From a virus, in the UHGV virus genome UHGV-0112844: a DNA stretch of 32,667 nucleotides, one strand, 5' to 3'. Positions 18,101 through 25,254 of this stretch are shown here, piece by piece; within the stretch, counting starts at the first letter, position 1, and the number at the start of each line of letters is the position of its first letter. Made by a program: the position numbers and the translations under genes. Under the pieces are notes generated by a model, which did not search any database, had not been told where the DNA came from, and worked only from the letters and a program-made list of their open reading frames with translations.

Positions 18101-18617
18101 ACTGGCGGCAACAGTAAGCCCCGTTCGTGATGTAACAGCCAGCCCGGAGCAACGGCCTGAAAGCAGGTTAATACTGCCTCCTGAGATTGTTAACGCCCCG
18201 GTAAAACTTCCTGGTCGAGATCGTGCTGCGGAGCTGGCTGATATCGCTGCTGCCGTCATGCCAGCACCGGCCATTAAGGAAATCACGGATAACAGGACTG
18301 ACCCGATGGCTATGCGCCAGAAGGTGTTCGCTTCCGTGGTCGCTGGCGTAATGGGCCTGGCAGCTGCCCCGGCAGAAGCCGCACCACTTCATCCGTACAG
18401 TGTGCCTGTCAGGACGCAACCGGCGCCGTCTCCGAAGGAAGAGAGACAGCCGCAGGTAATTAAGTACGAGATAAGCGCGCCAATTCATATTGTCGCGCAG
18501 CCAGGGCAAAGCGCGCAGGATATCGCCCGCGAGGTGGCCCGGCAGCTTGATGAGCGTGAGCGCAGGGCCAGGGCAAAAACACGCAGTAATTTCAGTGATC
18601 GAGGGGGTTACGAATAA
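15174..18617 (+). CDS. T: tail tape measure protein gpT
   Basis: 1147 aa, coiled-coil N-terminus, hydrophobic middle segments. It follows E/E'. Confidence 0.9.
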   Translation: MSDTNLRLQVILNAVDKLTRPFRSAQASSKELATAIQQSRARLKELDAQAGRIDGFRKASAQLAVTGNSLKAAREEAAKLATQFSATNRPTAAQARLLEQAKNRVNELQSKYNGLRQSVQRQRLALNEAGLDTKKLSSAQRELRQNADETRQALDRQQKSLKRLGEQQARMNAVRDQYSRRLEVRDRIAGAGATTTAAGLAMGAPVMAAVKSYASMEDAMKGVAKQVNGLRDDNGNRTKQFYDMQDAIKAASEQLPMENGAIDYAALVEGGARMGVTNQNDSYEDQKRDLLAFASTAAKAATAFELPADELAEGLGKIAQLYKVPTRNIEQLGDALNYLDDNAMSKGGDIINVLQRMGGVADRLDFRKAAALGSTFLSLGAAPEIAASASNAMVRELSIATMQSKRFMEGMDLLKLNPEEIEKQMTKDAMGTIQRVLEKVNKLPQDKRLSAMTMIFGKEFGDDAAKLANNLPELQRQLKLTSGSEANGSMQKESDINKDSLSAQWLLVKTGAQNAFSSLGETLRQPLMDIMGYVKSVTGALRRWVEANPQLAGTLMKVAAAAAAITVVLGTLAVAVAAVLGPLAVIRLGLSVLGVKTLPSVMSAVTRTGGALSWLANAPLSLLRRGMAASGSSTGLLTTPLNSLRRSAGLAGNALKALAGAPLAVLRSGMSGIRNIIGMVMNPLTALRGGLSAAGGVLRFLASGPLALLRVALYGISGLLGALLSPIGLVVAALAGVALVVWKYWQPISAFLGGVVEGFKAAAAPISAAFEPLQPVFQWIGDKVQALWGWFTDLLTPVKSTSAELQSAASMGRQFGEALAAGLNMVMHPLDSLKSGVSWLLEKLGIVSKEAAKAKLPEQVTRQQPATVNRDGKVVLPPGGFPTMGFAGMYDSGGTIPRGQFGIVGENGPEIVNGPANVTGRKRTADLARVAATLNPSRTEPASAKQRPERGIVLPPDSVNGPANIPVINSTTELVKLAATVSPVRDVTASPEQRPESRLILPPEIVNAPVKLPGRDRAAELADIAAAVMPAPAIKEITDNRTDPMAMRQKVFASVVAGVMGLAAAPAEAAPLHPYSVPVRTQPAPSPKEERQPQVIKYEISAPIHIVAQPGQSAQDIAREVARQLDERERRARAKTRSNFSDRGGYE
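17906..18290 (+). repeat. three tandem ~144-nt (48-aa) repeats within the C-terminal part of the tape measure
   Basis: VNGPANVTGRKRTADLARVAATLNPS…QRPERGIVLPPDS / VNGPANIPVINSTTELVKLAATVSPV…QRPESRLILPPEI / VNAPVKLPGRDRAAELADIAAAVMPA…. Confidence 0.6.
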
Positions 18618-19102
18618 TGATGATGGTGCTGGGGTTGTACGTATTCATGCTGCGAACAGTGCCCTATCAGGAGCTGCAGTATCAGCGCAGCTGGCGGCAC
18701 GCAGCCAACAGCCGGGTTAACCGGCGCCCGTCAACGCAGTTTCTTGGACCGGATAACGATACGCTTACTCTGTCCGGTGTCCTGCTGCCGGAGATTACCG
18801 GCGGCAGGTTGTCTTTGCTGGCGCTGGAGCAGATGGCGGAGCTGGGAAAAGCCTGGCCTCTGATTGAGGGGAGCGGGACGATTTACGGCATGTTTGTGAT
18901 CGAGAGTCTGAGCCAGACAAAAACAGAATTTTTTGAGAGCGGTATGCCCCGGCGCATCGAATTTTCGCTGAGCCTGAAACGGGTGGATGAGTCGCTGTCT
19001 GATATGTTCGGCAGCCTCAGCGACCAGCTCAGTAATTTGCAGGAATCTGCCACCTCTGCAATAGGCAATATGAAAAATACGGTTGGAGGGTTACTGCAGT
19101 GA
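18617..19102 (+). CDS. U: tail protein gpU
   Basis: MMMVLGL…WRH(A)(A/S)NSRV…TQFLGP…LSGVL(L/M)PEITGG resembles P2 gpU as recalled. Confidence 0.85.
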   Translation: MMMVLGLYVFMLRTVPYQELQYQRSWRHAANSRVNRRPSTQFLGPDNDTLTLSGVLLPEITGGRLSLLALEQMAELGKAWPLIEGSGTIYGMFVIESLSQTKTEFFESGMPRRIEFSLSLKRVDESLSDMFGSLSDQLSNLQESATSAIGNMKNTVGGLLQ

Positions 19103-20199
19103 ATTTCAGCTCTGATCTCCTGAACCTGAACAGCAAAACTCCCGGTTTCAGTATCATCATTGAAGGTAAAGATGTGACTACCGTGCTGGATGCGCGCCTG
19201 ATAAGTCTGACGCTGACGGATAACCGGGGCTTTGAAGCGGACCAGCTTGATCTGGAACTGGACGACTCGGACGGGCTAATCGTTCTGCCTCGTCGGGGGG
19301 CCATTATTCAGTTTGCGCTGGGGTGGAAAGGTCAGCCGCTTTTTCCGAAAGGGGCGTTTACTGTCGATGAGATTGAGCACAGCGGCGCGCCTGACCGTCT
19401 CACAATCCGCGCGCGTAGTGCAGATTTCCGTGAAACCCTGAATACGCGGCGTGAAAAGTCCTGGCACCAGACAACGGTGGGCGAAGTTGTGAAGGAAATC
19501 GCGGGCAGGCATAAATTAAAGATGGCGCTGGGAAAGGACCTGTTGGACAAGCCTGTCGATCATCTTGACCAGACTAATGAAAGCGACGCCAGCTTTTTGA
19601 TGAAGCTGGCGCGGCAGTATGGGGCGATAGCCTCAGTTAAGGACGGCAATCTGTTGTTTATCCGCCAGGGGCAGGGCAGAACGGCAAGCGGTAAGCCGCT
19701 GCCGGTTATCACCATAACCCGCCAGGCCGGTGACGGTCATCGTTTTACTCTGGCTGATCGCGATGCCTATACGGGGGTAATTGCCAGCTGGCTCCATACC
19801 CGTGAGCCAAAGAAAAAAGAGACTGCAAAGGTTAGGCGCCGTCGAAAAAAAACCACTGCGGCAAAGGAGCCGGAAGCAAAACAGGGAGATTACCTGGTTG
19901 GAACGGATGAAAACGTGCTTGTACTCAACAGAACTTATGCAAACCGCAGCAATGCAGAGCGAGCGGCAAAGATGCAGTGGGAGCGCCTGCAGCGCGGGGT
20001 GGCAACATTCTCCCTGCAGCTCGCAGAGGGAAGGGCTGATCTGTATACCGAAATGCCGGTGAAGGTGAGCGGCTTTAAACAGCCCATTGATGATGCCGAA
20101 TGGACCATTACCACCCTGACGCATAGTGTCAATGCAGATAATGGTTTCACTACGACTCTGGAGCTTGAGGTAAAGATAGATGATTTAGAAATGGAATGA
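19099..20199 (+). CDS. D: tail protein gpD (late control gene D family)
   Basis: 366 aa at the synteny position after U. It contains a Lys/Arg-rich internal segment. Confidence 0.85.
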   Translation: MNFSSDLLNLNSKTPGFSIIIEGKDVTTVLDARLISLTLTDNRGFEADQLDLELDDSDGLIVLPRRGAIIQFALGWKGQPLFPKGAFTVDEIEHSGAPDRLTIRARSADFRETLNTRREKSWHQTTVGEVVKEIAGRHKLKMALGKDLLDKPVDHLDQTNESDASFLMKLARQYGAIASVKDGNLLFIRQGQGRTASGKPLPVITITRQAGDGHRFTLADRDAYTGVIASWLHTREPKKKETAKVRRRRKKTTAAKEPEAKQGDYLVGTDENVLVLNRTYANRSNAERAAKMQWERLQRGVATFSLQLAEGRADLYTEMPVKVSGFKQPIDDAEWTITTLTHSVNADNGFTTTLELEVKIDDLEME

Positions 20200-20271
20200 T
20201 AATGTTCACAAAATGGATGTTCGTGTATCATTATGGGATTGCGGGTAATGACTTGGGGAGAAACGGATATG

Positions 20272-20487
20272 ATGAATTGTCCGAAATGCGGACACGCGGC
20301 ACATACTCGCAGTAGCTTTCGTGTATCAGATAATACGAAAGAGCGTTATTGCCAGTGCCAAAACATAAACTGTGGAACCACTTTTGTTACTCATGAAACC
20401 GTAGTGCGCTTTATCGTAACTCCCGGACAGGTCGATCATGTGCCTCCGCACCCTCTAAACAGTGGTCAGGGACACATGAATTTTTGA
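20272..20487 (+). CDS. ogr: Ogr/Delta-family zinc-finger late transcription activator
   Basis: MNCPKCGHAAHTRSSF…RYCQCQNINCGTTF… carries the Cys4 motif of P2 Ogr. 71 aa from the second ATG. The track ORF starts 39 nt upstream. Confidence 0.85.
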   Translation: MNCPKCGHAAHTRSSFRVSDNTKERYCQCQNINCGTTFVTHETVVRFIVTPGQVDHVPPHPLNSGQGHMNF

Positions 20488-20493
20488 CAAACT

Positions 20494-20517
20494 AACCCGC
20501 TTCGGCGGGTTTTTTAT
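20494..20517 (+). terminator. rho-independent terminator after ogr
   Basis: ACCCGCttcgGCGGGT followed by TTTTTT. Confidence 0.75.
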
Positions 20518-20536
20518 TGGTGGCAGCTTATTTCCT

Positions 20537-20554
20537 GCTGCCATTTTGCTGCCA
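20537..20554. repeat. 18-bp direct repeat GCTGCCATTTTGCTGCCA (copy 1), putative integrase arm-type site
   Basis: An identical 18-mer recurs at 20766..20783. The two copies flank the attP core at about 85-95 bp on each side. Confidence 0.5.
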
Positions 20555-20570
20555 ATGATGAAACTATAAA

Positions 20571-20596
20571 CAAAAAAGCCACTCATGTGAGTGGCT
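20571..20596 (-). terminator. rho-independent terminator for leftward (int-direction) transcription
   Basis: Perfect palindrome AGCCACTCAtgTGAGTGGCT with A6 on the plus strand, which is T6 after the hairpin on the minus strand. Confidence 0.6.
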
Positions 20597-20623
20597 TAAT
20601 TATATGATTCTAAAGCTAAAATT

Positions 20624-20670
20624 TGGTGGCCCCTGCTGGACTTGAACCAGCGACCAAGCGATTATGAGTC
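20624..20670 (-). other. attP core: 3'-terminal 47 nt of a tRNA-Ile(CAU) (ileX/ileY-type) gene including anticodon loop, T-arm and CCA
   Basis: The reverse complement reads ACTCATAATCGCTTGGTCGCTGGTTCAAGTCCAGCAGGGGCCACCA. This matches my recollection of the 3' half of E. coli tRNA-Ile2. It sits between ogr and int, where P2/186 attP lies. Confidence 0.7.
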
Positions 20671-20765
20671 CCAAACTTAAACCTTGTAAAACAATAAGTT
20701 ACTTTAATTTCAACACCTTGCGCCGTCGAATAGTGTGGAATATGAAAGCATAGTGAATAGGTTTG

Positions 20766-20783
20766 CTGCCATTTTGCTGCCAT
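20766..20783. repeat. 18-bp direct repeat GCTGCCATTTTGCTGCCA (copy 2), putative integrase arm-type site
   Basis: See copy 1. It immediately abuts the int stop codon. Confidence 0.5.
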
Positions 20784-21796
20784 CAAATAAGATTTAAGGG
20801 GTTTAACTCCACAGCTTCTGTTAGATGGTCTGGGGCGAAATGAGCATAGCGCATCGTCACCTTAATATCAGTGTGTCCAAGGATACGCTGCAGTACAAGA
20901 ATGTTGCCCCCGCGCATCATAAAGTGGCTTGCAAATGTGTGCCGTAGAACGTGTGACAGCTGCCCGTCAGGTAGTTCAATCCCCGCTCGCTTAATCGCCC
21001 CACGAAACGCAGAATAGCACCCCGTAAAGACTGGTTTGGAAGTTCTTACTTTTGGAAGTATTTCGTAAAGCTCATCACTTATTGGAACGGCGCGGTTTTT
21101 CTTGCCCTTGGTTTTGATATAGGTGATTTTGCCGGGGCTGATTTGCTTGCCTGTAAGTGACTCCGCCTCGCCCCATCGTGCGCCGGTTGCAAGGCATATT
21201 TTGACGATGGTTACTAAATCTACCGCTTTACTTTTCTCACACTCTGCCAGCAGTTGCTTGACTTCTTCGACTGTTAGCCAGGCCAGCTCTGCCTCATCAA
21301 TTTTAAATTCCCGGACGTTTTCGAGCGGATTGGGCGCACTCCAGTCATCCAGCCTTTTCAGTTCGTTGAACATGGCGCGGAAATACGCCAGCTCAAGATT
21401 AACGGTGCGGGGTGTCACTGCTTTTACCCGATCAGAACGTGTAATTTTCCCGCTTAAACGTTGTTCACGGTAGGTTGCAAAAAGCTTGGCGTTAAATTCA
21501 GTTGCAAGAGGGTTGCCCATGGCGAAGCAGGCAAACTCCATCGCCCCCCTACGCTTGAGGCCATCAGAGAGTGTAACTCCGTGAGCATTGAACCAAGTTT
21601 CAACAAGGTCTGTAACCCGTCGCTTATCTGCTTTCTCTCCTAACCAAGGCTTATCCTGTGCTTGATCCTTACTGTGGCGTTCAAAGGCCATGGCTTCCCC
21701 TTTGGTGGCGAATTGGCGACGAATACGCCGCCCATCTCTACCGTTGGGGAAGACCTGAGCCTGCCACTTTCCATTGCTTAATTTGCTTACTGCCAT
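20783..21796 (-). CDS. int: tyrosine integrase
   Basis: 337 aa. The C-terminal catalytic motifs …HVLRHTFASH…LGHTDIKVTMRYAHF are present. It is adjacent to attP. Confidence 0.92.
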   Translation of the reverse strand: MAVSKLSNGKWQAQVFPNGRDGRRIRRQFATKGEAMAFERHSKDQAQDKPWLGEKADKRRVTDLVETWFNAHGVTLSDGLKRRGAMEFACFAMGNPLATEFNAKLFATYREQRLSGKITRSDRVKAVTPRTVNLELAYFRAMFNELKRLDDWSAPNPLENVREFKIDEAELAWLTVEEVKQLLAECEKSKAVDLVTIVKICLATGARWGEAESLTGKQISPGKITYIKTKGKKNRAVPISDELYEILPKVRTSKPVFTGCYSAFRGAIKRAGIELPDGQLSHVLRHTFASHFMMRGGNILVLQRILGHTDIKVTMRYAHFAPDHLTEAVELNPLNLI

Positions 21797-21805
21797 TGTG
21801 CAGGC

Positions 21806-22705
21806 CTATTGAGATAAAGAATTATTATCACGCATTAAGGTTTGCCACTGTTCTTCACTGAGGATTTTGAGCGGAACTCCTTTATTGTCACGATAATCAA
21901 TAGCCTGTTCTATCTTTCTTCCGAAGCTTTGAAATTTCCAATCCTTAGAGCTGAGGGCACCAATAATTAGATAGTCCAAATCTTGAGTAACACGATCAAC
22001 AATTTGGCAGCCAAGCTGTAAAAGGTCACTTTCACATTGTCTACGGGAGCCACATAGAAACTTACCAGTGAGACAGACTTTACTATCTGTAGGGTTAAAC
22101 TCATCAATTAGGTCAACAGGCGATGTTGTGGAATATCCATCCACAATACCCTCAGAAATATTTGAGCCAGTGAAAGCAGTAATTTCTTGTAATAATTTGG
22201 TGCGTTCTTCGTCTGTTATCACTCCATCACTCAGGATTGATTGAACAAGTTCGTAAAGATGTTTACCGGGATAGTTGCTTTTTAAAGCTGCATTTGTAGA
22301 TAAGAACCAGTTTAAATAGCTGATTTCTTCATCGCTCAAATGATAGTCGGAAGCAAGCCCCTTACATAGACCCTCTAGCAAATGCTTGTCAGAGTCAGCT
22401 GAGTAAAGGTCTATGTTAGGAGTATCCATCAACCCGCGTTGCATTTCATGGAGCAGGTCTTTCAATTCGTCTAATTCAGCTTTTTCAACTACACCATCCG
22501 AAAGAATTTCACTTATTTTATTTCTGATGCAGTTTACGAAATAATTTTGGGAAAGAACGTCTGATTCCATCAGCCATGTATCAAGGAAAATCATTTCTTT
22601 TTCACTTAGTTTCCCGTCACAGGTCATCCCTTCAATCAGATTGATTAAGTTAGCGATGGCTTTATCTCTATTATGTGTATAGTTGAAAGCGCTAAATTGA
22701 GTCAT
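21806..22705 (-). CDS. hypothetical moron protein: TerB-like repeat N-terminal region + C-terminal BRCT-like domain
   Basis: 299 aa. Four DG-x5-E-x3-L motifs (DGKLSEKEMIFL, DGVVEKAELDEL, DYHLSDEEISYL, DGVITDEERTKL) resemble TerB/DjlA-N folds. The C-terminus KVCLTGKF…LGCQIV…DYLIIGALSSKDWKFQSFGRKIEQA…GVPLKILSEEQW looks like a BRCT. GC is visibly lower than its neighbours. An RBS (aaggaa) lies 8 nt upstream, and the start is 11 nt downstream of the cI stop. Confidence 0.6.
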   Translation of the reverse strand: MTQFSAFNYTHNRDKAIANLINLIEGMTCDGKLSEKEMIFLDTWLMESDVLSQNYFVNCIRNKISEILSDGVVEKAELDELKDLLHEMQRGLMDTPNIDLYSADSDKHLLEGLCKGLASDYHLSDEEISYLNWFLSTNAALKSNYPGKHLYELVQSILSDGVITDEERTKLLQEITAFTGSNISEGIVDGYSTTSPVDLIDEFNPTDSKVCLTGKFLCGSRRQCESDLLQLGCQIVDRVTQDLDYLIIGALSSKDWKFQSFGRKIEQAIDYRDNKGVPLKILSEEQWQTLMRDNNSLSQ

Positions 22706-22716
22706 ACCAATATTCC

Positions 22717-23331
22717 TTATTCAGTAAACGTTATTTTGCTGATCACTCTGCCATTGGCTTCAATATCCGATGGTGTGCACTCAAAGGATGCGGGGCCATT
22801 TTCTACGCGTAAACGTCCGCCTGGAAGACGGTAAACCTGTCTGATACTCATAAAGCCATCTATTTCAATCAACCAGATTCCATCGTTGATCTCTCCCCTG
22901 AACTCGTCCACTAGATAGAACGAATTTTCAAACTTCACAATGAATGGGGCAGTTGTGTCTTGAGGTAAAAGGCGAGAGTCGTAGCGAACTTGGTCAGAGG
23001 ATGAAAAAATCCCGTTTGAGATTTCTTTTAATTGCAAAGGCAATCCACTGTCGCTATCTGCTTTTGTTGTGGGCAAGCCTTGTCCTGTAGTTAACCAAAG
23101 CATAGATGCACCTGTATCAAGATGGCAGGCAATGAGCCAGTCATGCGGAAAAGTATCGCGCATCCAACGGTTTGCCATAGTGCTCTGGGATACTCCAAGG
23201 TGATCACACAAAGCCTGTCTGGTACTGAATCCATAGGCCTGGAGGATACGTGTTATCGCTTCCTTTCCACCACTTTGAGATGGAAAGTTGTATTTTGAGA
23301 TCGCGGAAAGGGTCTCTTTTGTGTTTGACAT
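22717..23331 (-). CDS. cI: CI-like immunity repressor (phage 186 CI type)
   Basis: 204 aa. An N-terminal HTH (STRQALCDHLGVSQSTMANRW) is followed by a C-terminal oligomerisation-like domain. It is divergent from the apl/cII operon across an operator-rich intergenic region. Confidence 0.75.
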   Translation of the reverse strand: MSNTKETLSAISKYNFPSQSGGKEAITRILQAYGFSTRQALCDHLGVSQSTMANRWMRDTFPHDWLIACHLDTGASMLWLTTGQGLPTTKADSDSGLPLQLKEISNGIFSSSDQVRYDSRLLPQDTTAPFIVKFENSFYLVDEFRGEINDGIWLIEIDGFMSIRQVYRLPGGRLRVENGPASFECTPSDIEANGRVISKITFTE

Positions 23332-23365
23332 ATTTAAAATGCGATCCTATCATCGGTTTTGTGGT

Positions 23366-23428
23366 GTTCGGAATAATTGCGAATAGTTCCGAATAGTGAA
23401 GTTTTTAAACACAAACTGAGGAATAGTG
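23366..23428. promoter_or_regulatory. divergent lysis-lysogeny switch region with four direct GAATA(A/G)T(T/G) repeats
   Basis: GAATAATT(23371) GAATAGTT(23381) GAATAGTG(23391) GAATAGTG(23420). The first three are spaced exactly 10 bp apart, between the cI and apl starts. Confidence 0.45.
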
Positions 23429-23432
23429 CATC

Positions 23433-23669
23433 ATGAAAAGCAATTTTTCAATGCGCCCCAGCATCAACCTTGTGGTATCTGAGCCATTCATCACACTGGA
23501 TGAGTTCTGTCGCCGTACTGGCTACAAGCCTAGCTATGCCCGTCAAATGATCAGGGAAAACCGCCTGCCTATCAGGAAAAAAGCCGGAGTTAACAGCCTT
23601 ATCGAAATCAACATGTTCGCATTGACGATGGAAGCGGCCCAAGGCTGCGAAGTCGCAATGCAAGCCTGA
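23433..23669 (+). CDS. apl: Apl/Cox-like excisionase-transcriptional regulator
   Basis: 78 aa with HTH LDEFCRRTGYKPSYARQMIRENRLPIRK. It is the first gene of the rightward early operon opposite cI. Confidence 0.75.
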   Translation: MKSNFSMRPSINLVVSEPFITLDEFCRRTGYKPSYARQMIRENRLPIRKKAGVNSLIEINMFALTMEAAQGCEVAMQA

Positions 23670-23703
23670 TAGTTCCATTTTGGGATAGAAAAGGATTTAC
23701 ATC

Positions 23704-24213
23704 ATGTTTGATTATCGTGTTTCCAAACATCCGCATTTTGACGAAGCCTGCCGGGCTTTTGCGCTGCGTCACAACATGGCGAAGCTGGCAGAACGCGCGG
23801 GAATGAACGTCCAGACGCTGCGTAACAAGCTGAACCCGGAGCAACCGCATCAGCTCACGCCGTCGGAAATCTGGCTGCTTACCGATCTTACTGAGGACTC
23901 CACGCTGGTTGACGGTTTTCTGGCTCAGATTCACTGCCTGCCATGCGTACCGATGAACGAAGTGGCAAAAGAGAAGCTGCCGCATTACGTCATGAGCGCC
24001 ACTGCTGAAATCGGACGTGTTGCCGCCAGCGCCGTATCGGGTGATGTGAGAACCACCGCAGGCCGCCGCGATGTTATCAGCAGCATTAACTCTGTTACTC
24101 GTCTGATGGCACTGGCTGCCGTTTCGATGCAGGCGCGTTTACAGGCTAACCCGGCGATGGCAAGCGCGGTGGATACCGTGACGGGCCTCGGCGCTTCGTT
24201 CGGTCTAATCTGA
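23704..24213 (+). CDS. cII: CII-like lysogeny establishment regulator (Phage_CP76 family)
   Basis: 169 aa. MFDYRVSKHPHFDEACRAFALRHN…AGMNVQTLRNKLNPEQPH… closely resembles 186 CII as recalled. Confidence 0.8.
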   Translation: MFDYRVSKHPHFDEACRAFALRHNMAKLAERAGMNVQTLRNKLNPEQPHQLTPSEIWLLTDLTEDSTLVDGFLAQIHCLPCVPMNEVAKEKLPHYVMSATAEIGRVAASAVSGDVRTTAGRRDVISSINSVTRLMALAAVSMQARLQANPAMASAVDTVTGLGASFGLI

Positions 24214-24214
24214 G

Positions 24215-24421
24215 GTGGTTATGATGACTAAAGAACCATCTTTTGCATCACTTCTTGTAAAGCAAAGCCCGGCAATGCACTACGGTCATGGCTGGATCAT
24301 GGGGAAGGATGGCAAACGCTGGCACCCGTGCCGCTCTCAGGATGAACTGCTGGCTGACCTGTCCACAACCAAACAGGGGAAATCATGGCTATTGAAGGCG
24401 CTACGGCGACTGTTCCATTAA
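24215..24421 (+). CDS. small early protein (186 fil-position ORF), hypothetical
   Basis: 68 aa ORF directly after cII. Confidence 0.5.
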   Translation: MVMMTKEPSFASLLVKQSPAMHYGHGWIMGKDGKRWHPCRSQDELLADLSTTKQGKSWLLKALRRLFH

Positions 24422-24726
24422 GCCCCGGTAAACGCCTGGACGGACTGAACCATATTGCGGAATTGAGGGCTAAAGTGTTTGGTCTGAATATTGAGCCGGA
24501 GCTTGAAAGGTTTATTAAAGATATGCGCGATCCACGCGACGTAAATAATAAACAGAATGAGCGGGCACTGGCAGCCATTTTTTATATGGCAAAAATTCCG
24601 GCAGAACGTCACGGCGTCAATATTAGTGATCTGACTACTGACGAAAAGCGGGAACTGGTGAAAGCAATGAATCATTTTCGTGCAGTGGTGAGCTTATTTC
24701 CAAAGCGGCTAACCATGCCGAATTAA
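24385..24726 (+). CDS. hypothetical early protein
   Basis: 113 aa ORF overlapping the previous ORF by 37 nt. Confidence 0.5.
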   Translation: MAIEGATATVPLSPGKRLDGLNHIAELRAKVFGLNIEPELERFIKDMRDPRDVNNKQNERALAAIFYMAKIPAERHGVNISDLTTDEKRELVKAMNHFRAVVSLFPKRLTMPN

Positions 24727-24793
24727 CCCACAACAGAAATTAATGGCGTAAACCCGCCGGGCTTCTTATTGCCCAAATTCAGGAGAAACAACT

Positions 24794-25027
24794 ATGCGAA
24801 ATATTGAAACCCGTACCATTAAAACAGGACCAGATGATGCTGGACTCAACCTGCTGCTGACTGAGGCACGCAAAGAAGAACGCCGGGGACGCGCAGATGT
24901 GATGGCTGCGCGTCTGGATTCTTTAGCTGCCCGTATCGTGTCACGTCAGCTTAACCACACGGAAGCAGCTGAGCTGCTGCGTCAGGAAGCTGTGAAGATT
25001 CAGAACGAAGCGCAGGAGATCCACTGA
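24794..25027 (+). CDS. hypothetical early protein
   Basis: 77 aa ORF preceded by an aggaga RBS. Confidence 0.55.
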   Translation: MRNIETRTIKTGPDDAGLNLLLTEARKEERRGRADVMAARLDSLAARIVSRQLNHTEAAELLRQEAVKIQNEAQEIH

Positions 25028-25254
25028 TGGCTGATTCAATGGACCTCGTACAGCAGCGCGTTGAAGAAGAACGCCAGCGCCACATCCACACCGCCCGCAA
25101 TAAGGCACCGGGCGTTTCCCGTGTTCTCTGCATTGATTGCGATGCGCCGATCCCGCCAGCTCGCCGCCGCGCCATTCCGGGCGTGCAGTGCTGCGTCACT
25201 TGTCAGGAAATTGCAGAGCTGAAAGGCAAACACTACAACGGGGGTGCTGTATGA
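25027..25254 (+). CDS. TraR/DksA-family C4 zinc-finger protein
   Basis: CIDCDAPIP…(17 aa)…CCVTCQE is the C4 finger spacing of phage TraR-like proteins. Confidence 0.75.
   Translation: MADSMDLVQQRVEEERQRHIHTARNKAPGVSRVLCIDCDAPIPPARRRAIPGVQCCVTCQEIAELKGKHYNGGAV

Noticed and set aside
16472-18286. 604-aa minus-strand ORF antisense to the tape-measure gene
   Set aside because: It lies entirely within gpT in a GC-rich region. It is Ala/Ser/Pro/Arg-rich, low-complexity and has no RBS context. This is a typical shadow ORF of a high-GC gene.
20200-20271. ATAATG…CATTAT inverted repeat upstream of ogr considered as a repressor operator
   Set aside because: The arms are short (6 bp) and it has no recognisable partner motif elsewhere. 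It is noted only as the probable ogr promoter region.
25137-25250. Upstream in-frame extension of the dam ORF (MRCADPASS…)
   Set aside because: It overlaps the TraR-like gene in another frame. The conserved MTase N-terminus (KWAGNK) starts right after the ATG at 25251, which is coupled to the upstream stop.
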